Positions 1-10,967 of a stretch of 64,000 nucleotides of DNA are shown here, one piece after another; position 1 is the first letter of the stretch, and every line of letters starts with the position of its first letter. The notes under the pieces were generated by a model. It ran no database searches, was not told the origin of the DNA, and saw only the letters and a list, made by a program, of their open reading frames with translations. The position numbers and the translations under genes were made by a program. The stretch is from Sphaerodactylus townsendi (lineage: Eukaryota), in assembly GCF_021028975.2 (NCBI RefSeq), contig NC_059432.1:64914001-64978000 (forward strand). Direction: 5' to 3'.

Positions 1-76
1 CAGAGCCTTGGGAACTAATGTTATGGTATAAATTACAAATCAACAGTGCAGATGTTAACAGGAAGCCAGCTCGCAC

Positions 77-155
77 CTTCTTCCTCAGGACCCCACTTCT
101 GCCGCAGCTCCAAGAAACCAAGGAGCACCTCCAAGATTGTCCTACGCTGACTACT
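77..155 (-). CDS. MMS19: MMS19 coding exon 14 (gene continues off the left edge)
   Basis: SSQRRTILEVLLGFLELRQKWGPEEE; 79 nt. Confidence 0.93.
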
Positions 156-360
156 CTACAAGAGATCAAAAAGACACAGGCTGAATTAGGGGGGTCAAGA
201 ACATGGAAGAAGAGGCATGATTCAAGGCTACTGTCCTATGTCGGCCACAAGCCAAAGCAAACTCCAAGGGCAGATGTAGAATAACCCACAACCAAACTTT
301 CCCTAACCTGCAACTGGGGCTGCCAGTTCCATCACCATGATCCTCCACTCCAGCACTTAC

Positions 361-515
361 TTGCAAATGCTTGTTATACTGCTCCACCAGTAATGGAAAC
401 ACATTGCTTGTGATCTGGTAATAAGCCCGCAAGGAACCCCCTGCAGCTGCCTGCAGGAGCTTTGCACTCGGCCACACCAACTTCATGTCTGGCTCACACA
501 GGTGGTGCCTGCAAT
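361..515 (-). CDS. MMS19: MMS19 coding exon 13
   Basis: DCRHHLCEPDMKLVWPSAKLLQAAAGGSLRAYYQITSNVFPLLVEQYNKHLQ; 155 nt; donor gtaagt. Confidence 0.97.
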
Positions 516-1002
516 CTGAAGCAGGCAAGACTGCATATGAGTGAGATAACAGAAGCCCCAAAATCCCCATTAAAATCCCACCAAAAAGCAACTTTTCTCC
601 AACAGGATGTTGCTCATCTTCAGAATTTTAAGGCTGAGCAGAGAATTTATTCTCTGTTCCTACTTCCCCAAGTTAACAGTAGGAACAGTTTCCACCCCTT
701 TCTCTAAAGCTGGACAGCAGATGCCTTCTTCTCCTAAAAGGGTGTAATTTCCTCCCAATAGAATTGTGTGAATGGAGTCTCTTCTTCAAGTGGCTGCCCA
801 GTCAGTATTAAGTATTTATATGCTGCTTCTGTCCTACCACCGCTCCAATGTCACCCAGCATGTTTTCATGGTCCAATGTCACCCAGCATGCTTTCATGGC
901 AAAGCAAGAATTCAAACCTGGTCTCCCACATCCTAGTCCAAACCCGTAACCACTATGTCACACCATCTCTTGTTGAAAGGTACACTGCTCCTGTGGAGTT
1001 AC

Positions 1003-1141
1003 CCTTCAAAATGCCTCCAAGGAAGGAATCCAGAAGGTCCTCATCATCTGAGCTGAGCACTGAGCGCGACAGGCATGTTGACAGAGAACGCAAAGTGGAG
1101 AGACCCTCTGTTTCAATCCTCTCACTTGCTGTCTGGAACAC
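1003..1141 (-). CDS. MMS19: MMS19 coding exon 12
   Basis: VFQTASERIETEGLSTLRSLSTCLSRSVLSSDDEDLLDSFLGGILK; 139 nt. Confidence 0.97.
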
Positions 1142-1351
1142 CTGGTCCGAATGGGAGGGAAGGGAAGGAAGGAAGGAGAATCAACTCTCCATGCAAGAGT
1201 TTGCCCTGTTTATAAACTAGACAAGAATGGGACTCCAGAATGCAATCAGCATTCCAGGAAGTCCTCAGGAAACAACCTGTATTCCGCAAACAGGTCAAAG
1301 TGGCCCTTTGAGTACATTTCTAGACAAAGAGGGGGAACAAAGGCTACATAT

Positions 1352-1604
1352 GCATTGTCGAAGGCTTTCTCGGACGGATTCAACTGGTTATGGTGGATTT
1401 TCTGGGCTGTGTGGCCGTGGTCTGGTAGATCTTGTTCCTAACATTTCGCCTGCATCTGTGGCTGGCATCTTTCAAGGTGTATCACAGTGTAACAGACTTC
1501 TCTCTGTGGTATACCTCTGAAGATGCCAGCCACAGATGCAGGCGAAACGTTAGGAACAAGATCTACCAGACCATGGCCTTACAGTCCGGAAAATCCATTA
1601 CAAC
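1352..1604 (-). mobile_element. Penelope-like (PLE) fold-back element with hammerhead motif
   Basis: ~110-bp inverted arms; CTGAAGA(1517)...GAAACGTT(1544); one-sided tail; direct repeat CAAAGGCTACATAT at 1338-1351 and 1605-1618. Confidence 0.85.
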
Positions 1605-1673
1605 CAAAGGCTACATATATTTTCCCAGGAAACAAAGCCCACCTCACCTCCCATACAAATTCATTTCTCTCAC

Positions 1674-1751
1674 CTCTCTGCGCAAGGATGACCAGAGGCT
1701 TGGGAGAAAATCCTTCAGCTCTTTCTGCCCATAGATTATGCAGGCAGCATT
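1674..1751 (-). CDS. MMS19: MMS19 coding exon 11
   Basis: NAACIIYGQKELKDFLPSLWSSLRRE; 78 nt. Confidence 0.97.
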
Positions 1752-1968
1752 CTGTAAGAAAAAGTTAGACGGGAAGGGGGTCAACAGCCAGTGAAGAGCT
1801 ACAGTGGCTGGCACAGACTGCAGACTTTGAATTACCAAGAAGGCTAAGCAGACACTGAAACAAGGGAAGGCAAAACCTGGATGCTTGGCTAAGAAAAGTT
1901 GCAGAAGCAAGATAACCTAATCCCTGACCCCAGTAATAGAGCTTGTTATGTTTCAGTACTGCTCTTAC

Positions 1969-2043
1969 CAGTGTCTGTAGGGAGTCCATCTTGGCACTTT
2001 GTACATCAGAATCCATTTTCTCAATGAGAAGTGGAAGCAGAAA
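1969..2043 (-). CDS. MMS19: MMS19 coding exon 10
   Basis: FLLPLLIEKMDSDVQSAKMDSLQTL; 75 nt. Confidence 0.97.
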
Positions 2044-2830
2044 CTAGGATGGGGGAGGAGATGGAAATTTCAGTGTACTCTGGGGTAAAATATATCCCAG
2101 AAGACCAGACACTTGCCCCACCCTAAGACAGACACCATATGCAACCTACAGTAAGAGGTATTGTCATAACTCTCAGATTTCACTGTAATTCACGGTGGGG
2201 AGGTGTGGGGGAGACATGTACCGACCCTCACAAAACACTTTCATGCAGTTTATGGAATGTTTAAAGAATATCAAATGGCTTTAAAAAGTGGTTTAAAAAA
2301 CATTAGTTGTACCCTCTGCCCAAAAAGTTGTAAGGTTTGATAGGTGCATTTTCAAGAGAGCTGACTCCAGTCAACAAAAGGGAAATAGCTCTGCAATACA
2401 CCTATTGCTAGCTGTTAATACATTAACAGTTTATAAAAATATCCAAGTTATTATAAAAACCTGGACCTCTTTTTGACAAATGTTGAACACAGTCCACAGA
2501 AACCAAATTATGAACATAACAACCTACACATTTTATTCCATGCTTTCTCCAAGAATCTCAGAATTAATGGTTTTCCCAACAGCCTTTTGTAGTAGGCTGA
2601 GTGAGAGTGACTGGCCCATGGTTACCCAGTGAGCTTCATGGTGGAGTGGGGATTTTCAGGGTGTAATCTTACCATTACACCATACTACCTCTATACTCCC
2701 TAGCTGCAAAGAAGTCAGCACAGCTAAAGGACAAGCTAAAGGTCAGCACAGCAGAAAGATTACTAGAGCAATCCCATAAGGCAATGGGACAGATGTGAAG
2801 AATCTCATCAATCCTACGTAACTGTTCTAC

Positions 2831-2917
2831 CTCAGCAAAAGCAGGGGTGGAGGTTAGCACTGCCCGCAGGCTGGCAATCAAGTCTTCTCTCTGGATTCCA
2901 TGAGGATCGTTTGGAGG
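2831..2917 (-). CDS. MMS19: MMS19 coding exon 9
   Basis: PPNDPHGIQREDLIASLRAVLTSTPAFAE; 87 nt. Confidence 0.97.
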
Positions 2918-3067
2918 CTGAAACAGAATCAGAAACTGAAAACTGTGCTCATAAAAGCCACCCTGTAACATGATATTTTTGCAAAATTTCCCGCCGATAC
3001 CCTCAATCCCACGCACCACCAATCATTCTGCTGCAACAGTTATAGCCCAGCAGGGAGGGATGACTAG

Positions 3068-3156
3068 CAAAGACAAGTGACAGCACCAACCAAACTCAAA
3101 GACATGTGACAGCACAAACCAAACTCAAAGACATGTGACAGCACCAACCAAACTCA
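3068..3156. repeat. Tandem repeat, 29-bp unit x3
   Basis: CAAAGACATGTGACAGCACCAACCAAACT repeated next to the MMS19 exon 8 donor. Confidence 0.9.
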
Positions 3157-3161
3157 CTCAC

Positions 3162-3223
3162 GGGAATAAAGTCGATAGGGAAGTAGCAGGATGTCACCTC
3201 AAACAGCTCCTCTACAAAGGGCC
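3162..3223 (-). CDS. MMS19: MMS19 coding exon 8
   Basis: GPFVEELFEVTSCYFPIDFIP; 62 nt. Confidence 0.97.
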
Positions 3224-3443
3224 CTGAAAGGCAGAAGACCAGTGTGAATCCTCAGGATGAACAGAGGCTATATGCTACAAATTCAAACTAAACCAGAGAA
3301 TGACCTGGCCTGTTCATCTGCAGCCCATTTGGCACTACTCTTATGACAGGCCATGATATGGGTGAGAGGAATTGGTTTGGGGACTTGAAAGCAGTTCTTG
3401 TGCCAGATGTCTCCACAGGTTTTCACACTCAAGATCTGCTCAA

Positions 3444-3740
3444 GGAGCAGCAGTGGCATAGTGGTTAAGAGAAGGTGCATACTAATCTGGAAGAACCGGG
3501 TTTGAATCCCCGCTCTACTGCCTGAGCTGTGGAGGCTTATCTGGGGAATTCAGATTAGCCTGTGCACTCCCACACACGCCAGCTGGGTGACCTTGGGCTA
3601 GTCACAGCTTTTCGGAGCTCTCTCAGCCCCACCCACCTCACAGGATGTTTGTTGTGAGGGGGGAAGGGCAAGGAGATTGTAAGCCCCTTTGAGTCTCCTA
3701 CAGGAGAGAAAGGTGGGATATAAATCCAAACGCTTCTTCT
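3444..3740 (+). mobile_element. tRNA-derived SINE (Squam3/Ther1-like)
   Basis: A box TGGCATAGTGG, B box GGTTTGAATCC, core GCTGGGTGACCTTGGGCTAGTCAC, (CTT)n tail; high similarity to the other copies. Confidence 0.85.
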
Positions 3741-3847
3741 CCCCCACCCTCCCAAAAATCTTATACTCCACAAGCAAGAAGCCTAAGCAATTGGCCACTG
3801 GTCACTCAGAGCTCTCCCTTATTCAGCTAGCCTCGTAAGCAACCTAC

Positions 3848-3976
3848 CAAGTGCATAGCCTTTTATAATGATGTCTCGCACAATCTGAAAGGCCACTAAC
3901 AGGTTGCGAGGGTCCTTCTCCCCATCCATCACCTGGATGAAGCCGAAGGTGAAATCAGCACCCAGGCTCTTCAGTT
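3848..3976 (-). CDS. MMS19: MMS19 coding exon 7
   Basis: ELKSLGADFTFGFIQVMDGEKDPRNLLVAFQIVRDIIIKGYAL; hallmark GEKDPRNLL motif; 129 nt. Confidence 0.97.
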
Positions 3977-4070
3977 CTGTGGGAGGAAGCAGCAGATACA
4001 GAAAATCTCAAGGTATTCAAAATGAAGCTCTGATTCCAACTCAACCCCTTTCCACAGTTGTCCACCTCAC

Positions 4071-4140
4071 CTGTCTCTCGGTCACTCATGAAATTCGTAA
4101 TGATGCTGTAGACTGTATGGCGATCTAACTGAAGCAGAGA
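4071..4140 (-). CDS. MMS19: MMS19 coding exon 6
   Basis: SLLQLDRHTVYSIITNFMSDRET; 70 nt. Confidence 0.95.
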
Positions 4141-4375
4141 CTAGAAGATAAACACACAAATGATAAATAGGTTGTTAACACAGGCACACTTTTTTCACGC
4201 TTTAGAGATTTATATAAAGGTATTTTTTGTGTTGCTTGTATTTTATAATTTCATTCATATTTTTATACATTGTGTAAGCACCCATTTGGCACAAAAAAGA
4301 TCAAGATAAAAATTAGTTCAAATTTCTATATGCACAGATGGGCAAACAACAGACCAACAGAGCCCCCAAACTCAC

Positions 4376-4450
4376 CTGGACATGAACCTCCTGGAAGATG
4401 GCTTTGAGAACAGACACTGCCAGGCCTGGAGCCAATGCTGCACACATACT
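4376..4450 (-). CDS. MMS19: MMS19 coding exon 5
   Basis: SMCAALAPGLAVSVLKAIFQEVHVQ; 75 nt; donor gtgagt. Confidence 0.95.
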
Positions 4451-4956
4451 CTAGAAAAATGCAAGAAACAACAGTAAAAATTCAAGGGCCACTTATATAA
4501 AGGAATGGCCATTTGAAGCAGTGCCAAGAATCCCTGAATGCAACCTTGAAAGCTACAAGGACTGAATTCACCACCCAATGCCATAACCACAAGCCAAATG
4601 AATCAGTTGTTTAATCAGCAGTATGACAATGTGCCACACATGAAAAAGGAAACAAGCACTATGAAGGCTGAGCCCGTGTGTCAGGGAGAGTCAGAAGAGA
4701 TCACAATCTCACCAACTCTCACCACCTTTATGTTACCAGAATTAGACTCTCCGATTATCTCTCTTATGGATCATATCTAAATCAGGTAGACCAGCTGATC
4801 TGCTGTCCTTCAATTAATCAAACAGTTTCTTGAGTTTTTCTACTATTGCAGAAAACGCGGCACCCCAACTATGGTGACGAATGGACATGGTAACCTCCCA
4901 AGTTGTTATACATTTATTTCACTCTATTAAGTGTGGCAACAAGAACAAATTCTTAC

Positions 4957-5042
4957 TAGAGCTTTGAGGCCCTGCAGCACAGAGGGAATGACAGTATGAT
5001 GATCTTTCAGCCGGTTCTCGAAGAACAAGACCAGGTGGGTCA
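4957..5042 (-). CDS. MMS19: MMS19 coding exon 4
   Basis: VTHLVLFFENRLKDHHTVIPSVLQGLKAL; 86 nt; donor gtaaga. Confidence 0.95.
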
Positions 5043-5594
5043 CTGGAACAGACAAGCATCATGAGATATAATAGTGGGAAGTGACCGTCAAGAAATGGGA
5101 ATTTGCATGGAGTTAAGTAGACATCTCCACCACACCCAGAATCTGCAGGAATAGTGGACAATACTGGATCACTATGAGCTGTCCAGCTATATTCTTCCTC
5201 CTTGGCTCACCTATAAGACAGAAAACTCTGACAGGTGGCACCATGACCAAAGAAAGACTAAAATGGGACATTTTGGAAAGCAAAATCACAAACTTTTGAA
5301 AAATCCGCCCGTCACATAGAACATTACTGAGTCCAATCAGGGCACCTCTGATTACCAGTCAGTAAGACTTAACAGTTTGTGTTGGCATAGAGCTGGGAGA
5401 TGTAATATAGTGGGGAACCTCTAGGCAAGCACTCACTGATGGGCACCAACAAGGAGAGCAACTTTTATGACTGAGGCTAGCCTCACGTATATGTATAGGA
5501 AACCAGGACAAAAACTGCAGTGGGATAGGCTAGTCATACCATTCAGTCATGCCTTCCCTTTCTATGTTGTCCCAGACCCTGTGCAATATCACAT

Positions 5595-5830
5595 CAGAGC
5601 CAGCATGGTGTACTGGTTAGAACGTCAGACTAGGATCTGGGAAACCCAGATTCAAACAGCCACACTGTCAAGGAAAAATTGCTGAGTGAGTTTAGATGAG
5701 TCACACTCTCGGCCTAACCTACTTCATAGGGTTGTTCTGAGGACAAAATGGAAGATAATAATATATGTTCTTAAAACTTTGAGTTGGACACTTTGAATTC
5801 CCATAAGGAAGAAAGGCAGGGTAAAGTAAA
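5595..5830 (+). mobile_element. Older Ther1/MIR-like SINE; similar copies ~2525-2690(-), 21930-22110(-), 42583-42790(+), 44460-44670(-)
   Basis: GGTGTACTGGTTAGAACGTCAGACTAGGATCTGGGAAACCCAG head; CCTAACCTAC..CATAGGGTTGTT core. Confidence 0.65.
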
Positions 5831-6243
5831 CAAAGTAATTTTTAAAATGTCAAAACTGTCACTAAACTAGCTTACCATGACTCCTTTAAAGATTCTTCTT
5901 AAACCTCTTTCCCACCTCCCACCCCCCAAAGAGAGCTGCTTTTTGTCACCCATGTAAATTAACAGAACTTTCCAATGAGATTTTTCCCAACAGACCTGAG
6001 CTGCCAACGACAATACAAACCTATGCTAAATTAACCTATAGTTGATGAACTTTACAAAGTGGACTCGGCCACATCTCTGTTGGTCATGTGGGCTACCTAG
6101 GATATGCCAGTGGCTGCCTTGTTCCTGGCTAATGCCCCCAGATGCCAATCACCATCTTTGGGTGATTGAGTCTTTGAGTGCTGAGTCTTGAAAGCACTCA
6201 ATGAGGAACAAGTTCAGTGTAAAAACATCACATATGCCCCCAC

Positions 6244-6344
6244 CTTCTTTTTCCTGAAGTAGGGAGTAGCACTGTAGCAAGACTTCAGAGAGCACCTGAA
6301 GGCCGCGTGCACGCATTCGAGGGTCTGCATTCTCAAGCAGAGAT
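6244..6344 (-). CDS. MMS19: MMS19 coding exon 3
   Basis: SLLENADPRMRARGLQVLSEVLLQCYSLLQEKE; AG/GT bounded; 101 nt. Confidence 0.95.
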
Positions 6345-7487
6345 CTGTGTTGGAGACAAACCATAATGAAAGATTTCATGGACTAGATATGAAAAATAAA
6401 AAATGAGCAGGGGACCCATAAGGACTCATGGGGGGTATTTCATTTCTTCTCGCCTGCTACTTTCTCTTTCCCTTCTCTAAAAGCCGTGATGGTATCTCCT
6501 CTTTTCCTACATCATTCCTTCCCACCACCCAGTCAAACTACCTTTATGTGTCCCAATCTTCAACTTTCCCTCTTTTTCTCTCCCAGCAGCCTCTCCCTGG
6601 GGAAACTCTGTTCGCTTCCAGTCACGAGGCCTGGTGTAGTTGCACAGTGGGGAGCCCACAGGGGCTCTCCTTCGTCACGGTGATTCTGTCTGGAACATTT
6701 TTATCCATTTTCTCCCTTCTGTCTTTCATCATCACAACAACTCTACGAAGTAGCTTAGGCTAAGAGAGAATGACTGCTTCAATGTCACCTGCAGTATAAT
6801 CCTATCAGAACACTTTACTAGGGCTCAGCCTGATTGAATAGACACAAGTACAGTTCTGACTAGATCGGCTTAGGATTGCTTTCCCAAAAAGCTTCATTCT
6901 GTGCATGTTTATTCAGAAGTGAGCCCACAAAGGTCAATGGGACTGCTTTCCAGATAAATAAAAAGGCATGATCTCACTAGCTACTCCCCAGGTGCTGCCT
7001 GCTCATGTGCCAAATAAGAGAGGGTGGGGAAGACCAGAAGCGGGCATCTCGCAGAGAGTCAGCAGAACAGAAACTGTGTGTTTTGTTCCACACAGTCTAA
7101 TGCAAATTCTCAACATCCCTCTCTCCAAAAAAGCTTGGCTGGAGAGCAGTCGCTTTCTCCTTCACTCATAAAGTTTAACAAATTGAACTGTGGCATCAGC
7201 CATATAACTAGCTCTACCAAGGGCATACAATACAATGCTCATACTCAGGCATTTCATTCATCCCTTTTGTTTTTGTGATTCCTCTTAGCCTTGTACACTG
7301 GGCTGGGGGAACATCAGTAGAGATGTAAGGATCCCCTCAATTTTGCTCCAAATTTTTGAAGTCTGTTATGATTTGGATTCCACTCGTCTTCCAACAAGAA
7401 AACAAATTTTCTGAAACCTGGTCATGGTTATCATACATGAAAAATATTTACTGCTTTTATAAATATATTCTAAAAATGTAAATAAAT

Positions 7488-7577
7488 AGCCACAGATGCA
7501 GGCGAAACGTCAGGAGAAAATGCTACTAGAACATGGCACCCCAGTGATTCCGGCCGTGAAAGCCTTCAACAATACAA
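7488..7577 (+). mobile_element. PLE pLTR 3' fragment
   Basis: GCCACAGATGCAGGCGAAACGTCAGG...GGCCGTGAAAGCCTTCAACAATAC, same family, single arm. Confidence 0.75.
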
Positions 7578-7812
7578 TTAATTTCCAGTTGTTGCCTTTC
7601 CATAGACACATAACAGAATTTAAAAAGTCCTTCAAAACTACCCCTCTGAATGCCAAATGGGGGGAGGTTATGTGCAGAACAGTCTCTGTAATTTAAGCAA
7701 AACAAACCCCTTCAAAACTAAACATCTATTTGAAGCATTTTTTTTTCAAAATTACCTCAAGTTTAGTTTTGCTTTTTTGCCACTTTTGTGCAGAATCAGA
7801 ATACTTTTCTGC

Positions 7813-8348
7813 GGCCGTTTCCGCACGGCCCATTAACGACGGCCTGGGGGCGCTAAAAACGCCGCCCCCAGGCTGCCGTTCGCACAGGCGCCGCTGCTGC
7901 AACACAGCAGCGGCGACCTGACTCCGCTTCCCTCCCCCCAGGGCGGCCTCAGGCCGCCCTAAACAACAACCCTTTAAAGGGTTGTTGTTGGGGAGGAAGC
8001 GTCTTCCCGGCGGCGCGGTGCGAACCGCGCCACCGGGAAGATGTCTTGCGCCCCACTCACGATGTCCTTGTGTCGTGTCGCCTGCTGGCGTCGAGCCCAG
8101 CCACACTGTCCTCCGACCTCCAGGGGTCGGAGGGCAGCGTGGGCGGGGCTTCGACGCCCAGCAGGCGACAACGAGGACATCGTGAGTGGGGCGCAGAAGG
8201 GAGAAGAGGCGGCTCCGTGCGGAGCCGCCTGCCGTCTGTCGGCCTCTGCTTGGCCCGTTCGCATGCTTGCATGCGAACGGGCTTCCGCCCCCACGCCACC
8301 AGAACTCTTGGCGGCGTGGGGGCAAATGGATGCCGTGCGGAAACGGCC
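7813..8348. mobile_element. GC-rich non-autonomous DNA transposon (PIF/Harbinger-like MITE)
   Basis: Perfect 17-bp TIR GGCCGTTTCCGCACGGC; 3-bp TSD TGC; many internal hairpins; CpGs intact. Confidence 0.8.
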
Positions 8349-9971
8349 TGCAATACACAAAAACCTTTAACAATTAAAAACATATTTCAGCACTCCTGGG
8401 ATAAGTCTTGAAGAAGTTTACTTCAAAGAAATATATTTCCAGAAGATCCCTGGTATAACATGACTTCCACCCAGTAAACATTTGGTTATATAGAACCCCC
8501 AAACCTAAGGGGAAATCTCATAAGCAGTGTCTACCAGAGATTCATAATGCATAAGCTCTCTTGAAAGGAGAAAGAGTTTCTGTTAAAGTTTAGGAGCCTC
8601 ATCTGGGGGGGTGGGGAGGCTCCTAAATTTGCCCTTGGGAACAGCGTATGGCTGGGCTGGCAGATTTGCCCTCCCCACGGCACTTGCCCCAGTGGAGGGG
8701 TAGATCTGCCAGTGTGCAGCCACTGCAGCCCTCCCTGGTGCTGGGATGCTGTGCCGGATGCTCAGTGCCTCTGCCACCATGGGCATAGCGGGGCGCGCCA
8801 GGGAAGGGGCCGACATTAGTCTACTCCTTCCTGGCTATTTGCTGTGTTACACCAGCAGCCAGAACTTGAGACTTATACCACCCTTTTGGGTGGCGCAAGT
8901 CTACTAAGCCCAATAGGAGCTTCTTGGTGGCAAGGGAGCTTTTACACTTCTGAAGCCTCCCCACGCTGTTGGGAAGCCTCTTTGGGAGTGGCAGGGTGAC
9001 GCTGCAGCTGGCTGCCTGACCTCTTGGATGGTGCTGCCCAGCACAGAGAAATATTTTTCTTTTGCACTGTTTCTGCTGGTTTCAGTTTATTCTTCATTCT
9101 TATGGAAGGAGGCAAAGAAGCAGCCTATGTTTCCAGTGATAACAGTCCTCCTGTTGGAGGCAGGAAAGAAGGTTGAGAAAGAAGTTGCTTCCCTGGCAGC
9201 TCCAGCTACTCCTCTGCCTCTTCATTGACCTATAGCTGACCAATGTATTAGAAAAAAGTTTTTTTAAAATAAGATGCATCGTTACATGATGGGGAGCGGG
9301 GGGGTAATCTCTCTTCCAGCTGCGAATACTACGAATCATGTTGAATGCTTCCTATTGCTACAACAATTTTTCCTCCTTTTCTGAGATATATGATTCACCA
9401 TTACAATATTCTTGCTTCAGTCTCCTAATTTGTCATTAGTGCTTAATTCCTTGCTATGGTAAAACAGACAGACAGCCCCAGAGGCGGTTTGCTTACTTCT
9501 GACAAAAAAAGGCAGTGAGTTGGTACCTGAAGGCAACATTTGAACTAGGGGCTTCTAGGCTCAGAACTTTCAGGTGTCCAGATACTTGGCTCTACCACAT
9601 AACAGCCAACAGCGTGTCCCTGCAAATAATCCTTGAGTTTCTCTTCAAGGAAAGAGCTAGTGCAAAAATGTTCTTCATCAAGGATATCCTGGTGTGGGCC
9701 AAAGAGGCACTTTCATCTTCCAGAATATTAAGGATATACTGGAAAATTCTAGAGAGCAAGTAACAGAATGTCTGAAATTCATATTAGCACCCGAGCAATC
9801 AAATGATACTTTCATCAACAAGCCCAGAGCCACAGGGAATGAACACATTCCCACTTCTATAACATTTTATTTACACTGAACTCTACAGCAAAGCAAGGAC
9901 TCCTTTCTTGGAACAATGACACATGTACCCTTCCTAGAACTGGCTGGGATCGCACACAAAGTTCCACTCAC

Positions 9972-10020
9972 CCCAAGGTTTCCACAAGCTCCAATATGGT
10001 GCAGGTCCCAGCTTTCACCC
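9972..10020 (-). CDS. MMS19: MMS19 coding exon 2
   Basis: tttttttag|GGGTGAAA...TTGGG|gtgagt; GVKAGTCTILELVETLG matches human DVKSGNYTVLQVVEALG; 49 nt. Confidence 0.93.
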
Positions 10021-10387
10021 CTAAAAAAAAGGAAGATGCAAGATTAAATTTTGCACTGTAGCTTACTGCACTAGAGTTGGCAGCAGTTCTTAAAACATCT
10101 TTTAGAGATGGGAATACACGTAGCTTAAAGTTCAACGCAATTTACCATCCTTCTGCTTGTACAACTCAGTCCAATTTTCACCTCAGACCTTGGGGAGTTG
10201 CTCTTAGACCAGAAAATACTGGCTACATAGAACAAATAATCTGACTCTGCAGAAGGAAGCTTTATGTGATCATGAGGTGAGATGCATTTATCTCAAGGCA
10301 ACTTCAAGAGGGAAAAACTGTCTTGTTTCCCCGCTAATCATTAGCTGCCTCTGGCAAGAAACAGTACTGCAGTCCTTTCTTGTCTGA

Positions 10388-10590
10388 GGTAGGGCTATGG
10401 CTCAGTGGAAGAGCACCTGCTTTGCATGGGGAGAACTCCAGGTTCAATCCCTGGCATCTCCAGTTGAAGGATCTGAGAGTAGCTGATATGAAAGATGTTT
10501 CTGTGAAACCTTGGAGAGCCAATCAGAGTAAACAACATTGACCTGGACAGACCATTAGGTATGACTCAGAAAAAGGGAGGTTCATGTGCT
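10388..10590 (+). mobile_element. Second tRNA-derived SINE family; copies ~35030-35520 (interrupted), 57055-57210(-), 60625-60830(-)
   Basis: GGCTCAGTGGAAGAGCA A box, GGTTCAATCCC B box, LINE-like 3' end GACCTGGACAGACC..GACTCAG. Confidence 0.7.
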
Positions 10591-10686
10591 CAGGTATCAC
10601 TGAATACACTTGGGCATTTCTTCCAACCACCGAAAATAAGTGCTGCAGCAATAATAATAGCTGTTGAACATGCTCTCTCTTCCTGT

Positions 10687-10967
10687 GAGAACCAGCATGG
10701 TATAGTGGTTAAGAGCAGGTGCACTCTAACCTGGAGAACTGGGTTTGATTCCCAGCTCAGCCATTTGAGCTGTGGAGGCTTATCTAGATTAGCTTGTGCA
10801 CTCCATGCCAGCTGGTGACCTTGGGCTAGTCACAACTCTTCAGAGCTCTCTCAGACCCACCTACCTCACAAGGTGTTTGTTGTGAGGGGGGAAGGGAAAG
10901 GAGTTTGTAAGCCTCTTTGTGTCTCCTTACAGGAGAGAAAGGGGGGATTTAAATCCAACTCTTCTTC
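10687..10967 (+). mobile_element. SINE (Squam3-like)
   Basis: Homologous to 3444-3740. Confidence 0.85.

Noticed and set aside
3444-3520. tRNA-like and 5S-like heads as genuine RNA genes
   Set aside because: All continue into SINE bodies and tails; no intact cloverleaf or full 5S gene.
7726-8411. Cluster of overlapping ORFs on both strands (up to 215 aa)
   Set aside because: Artefact of a GC-rich palindromic MITE with few stop codons; no recognisable protein.
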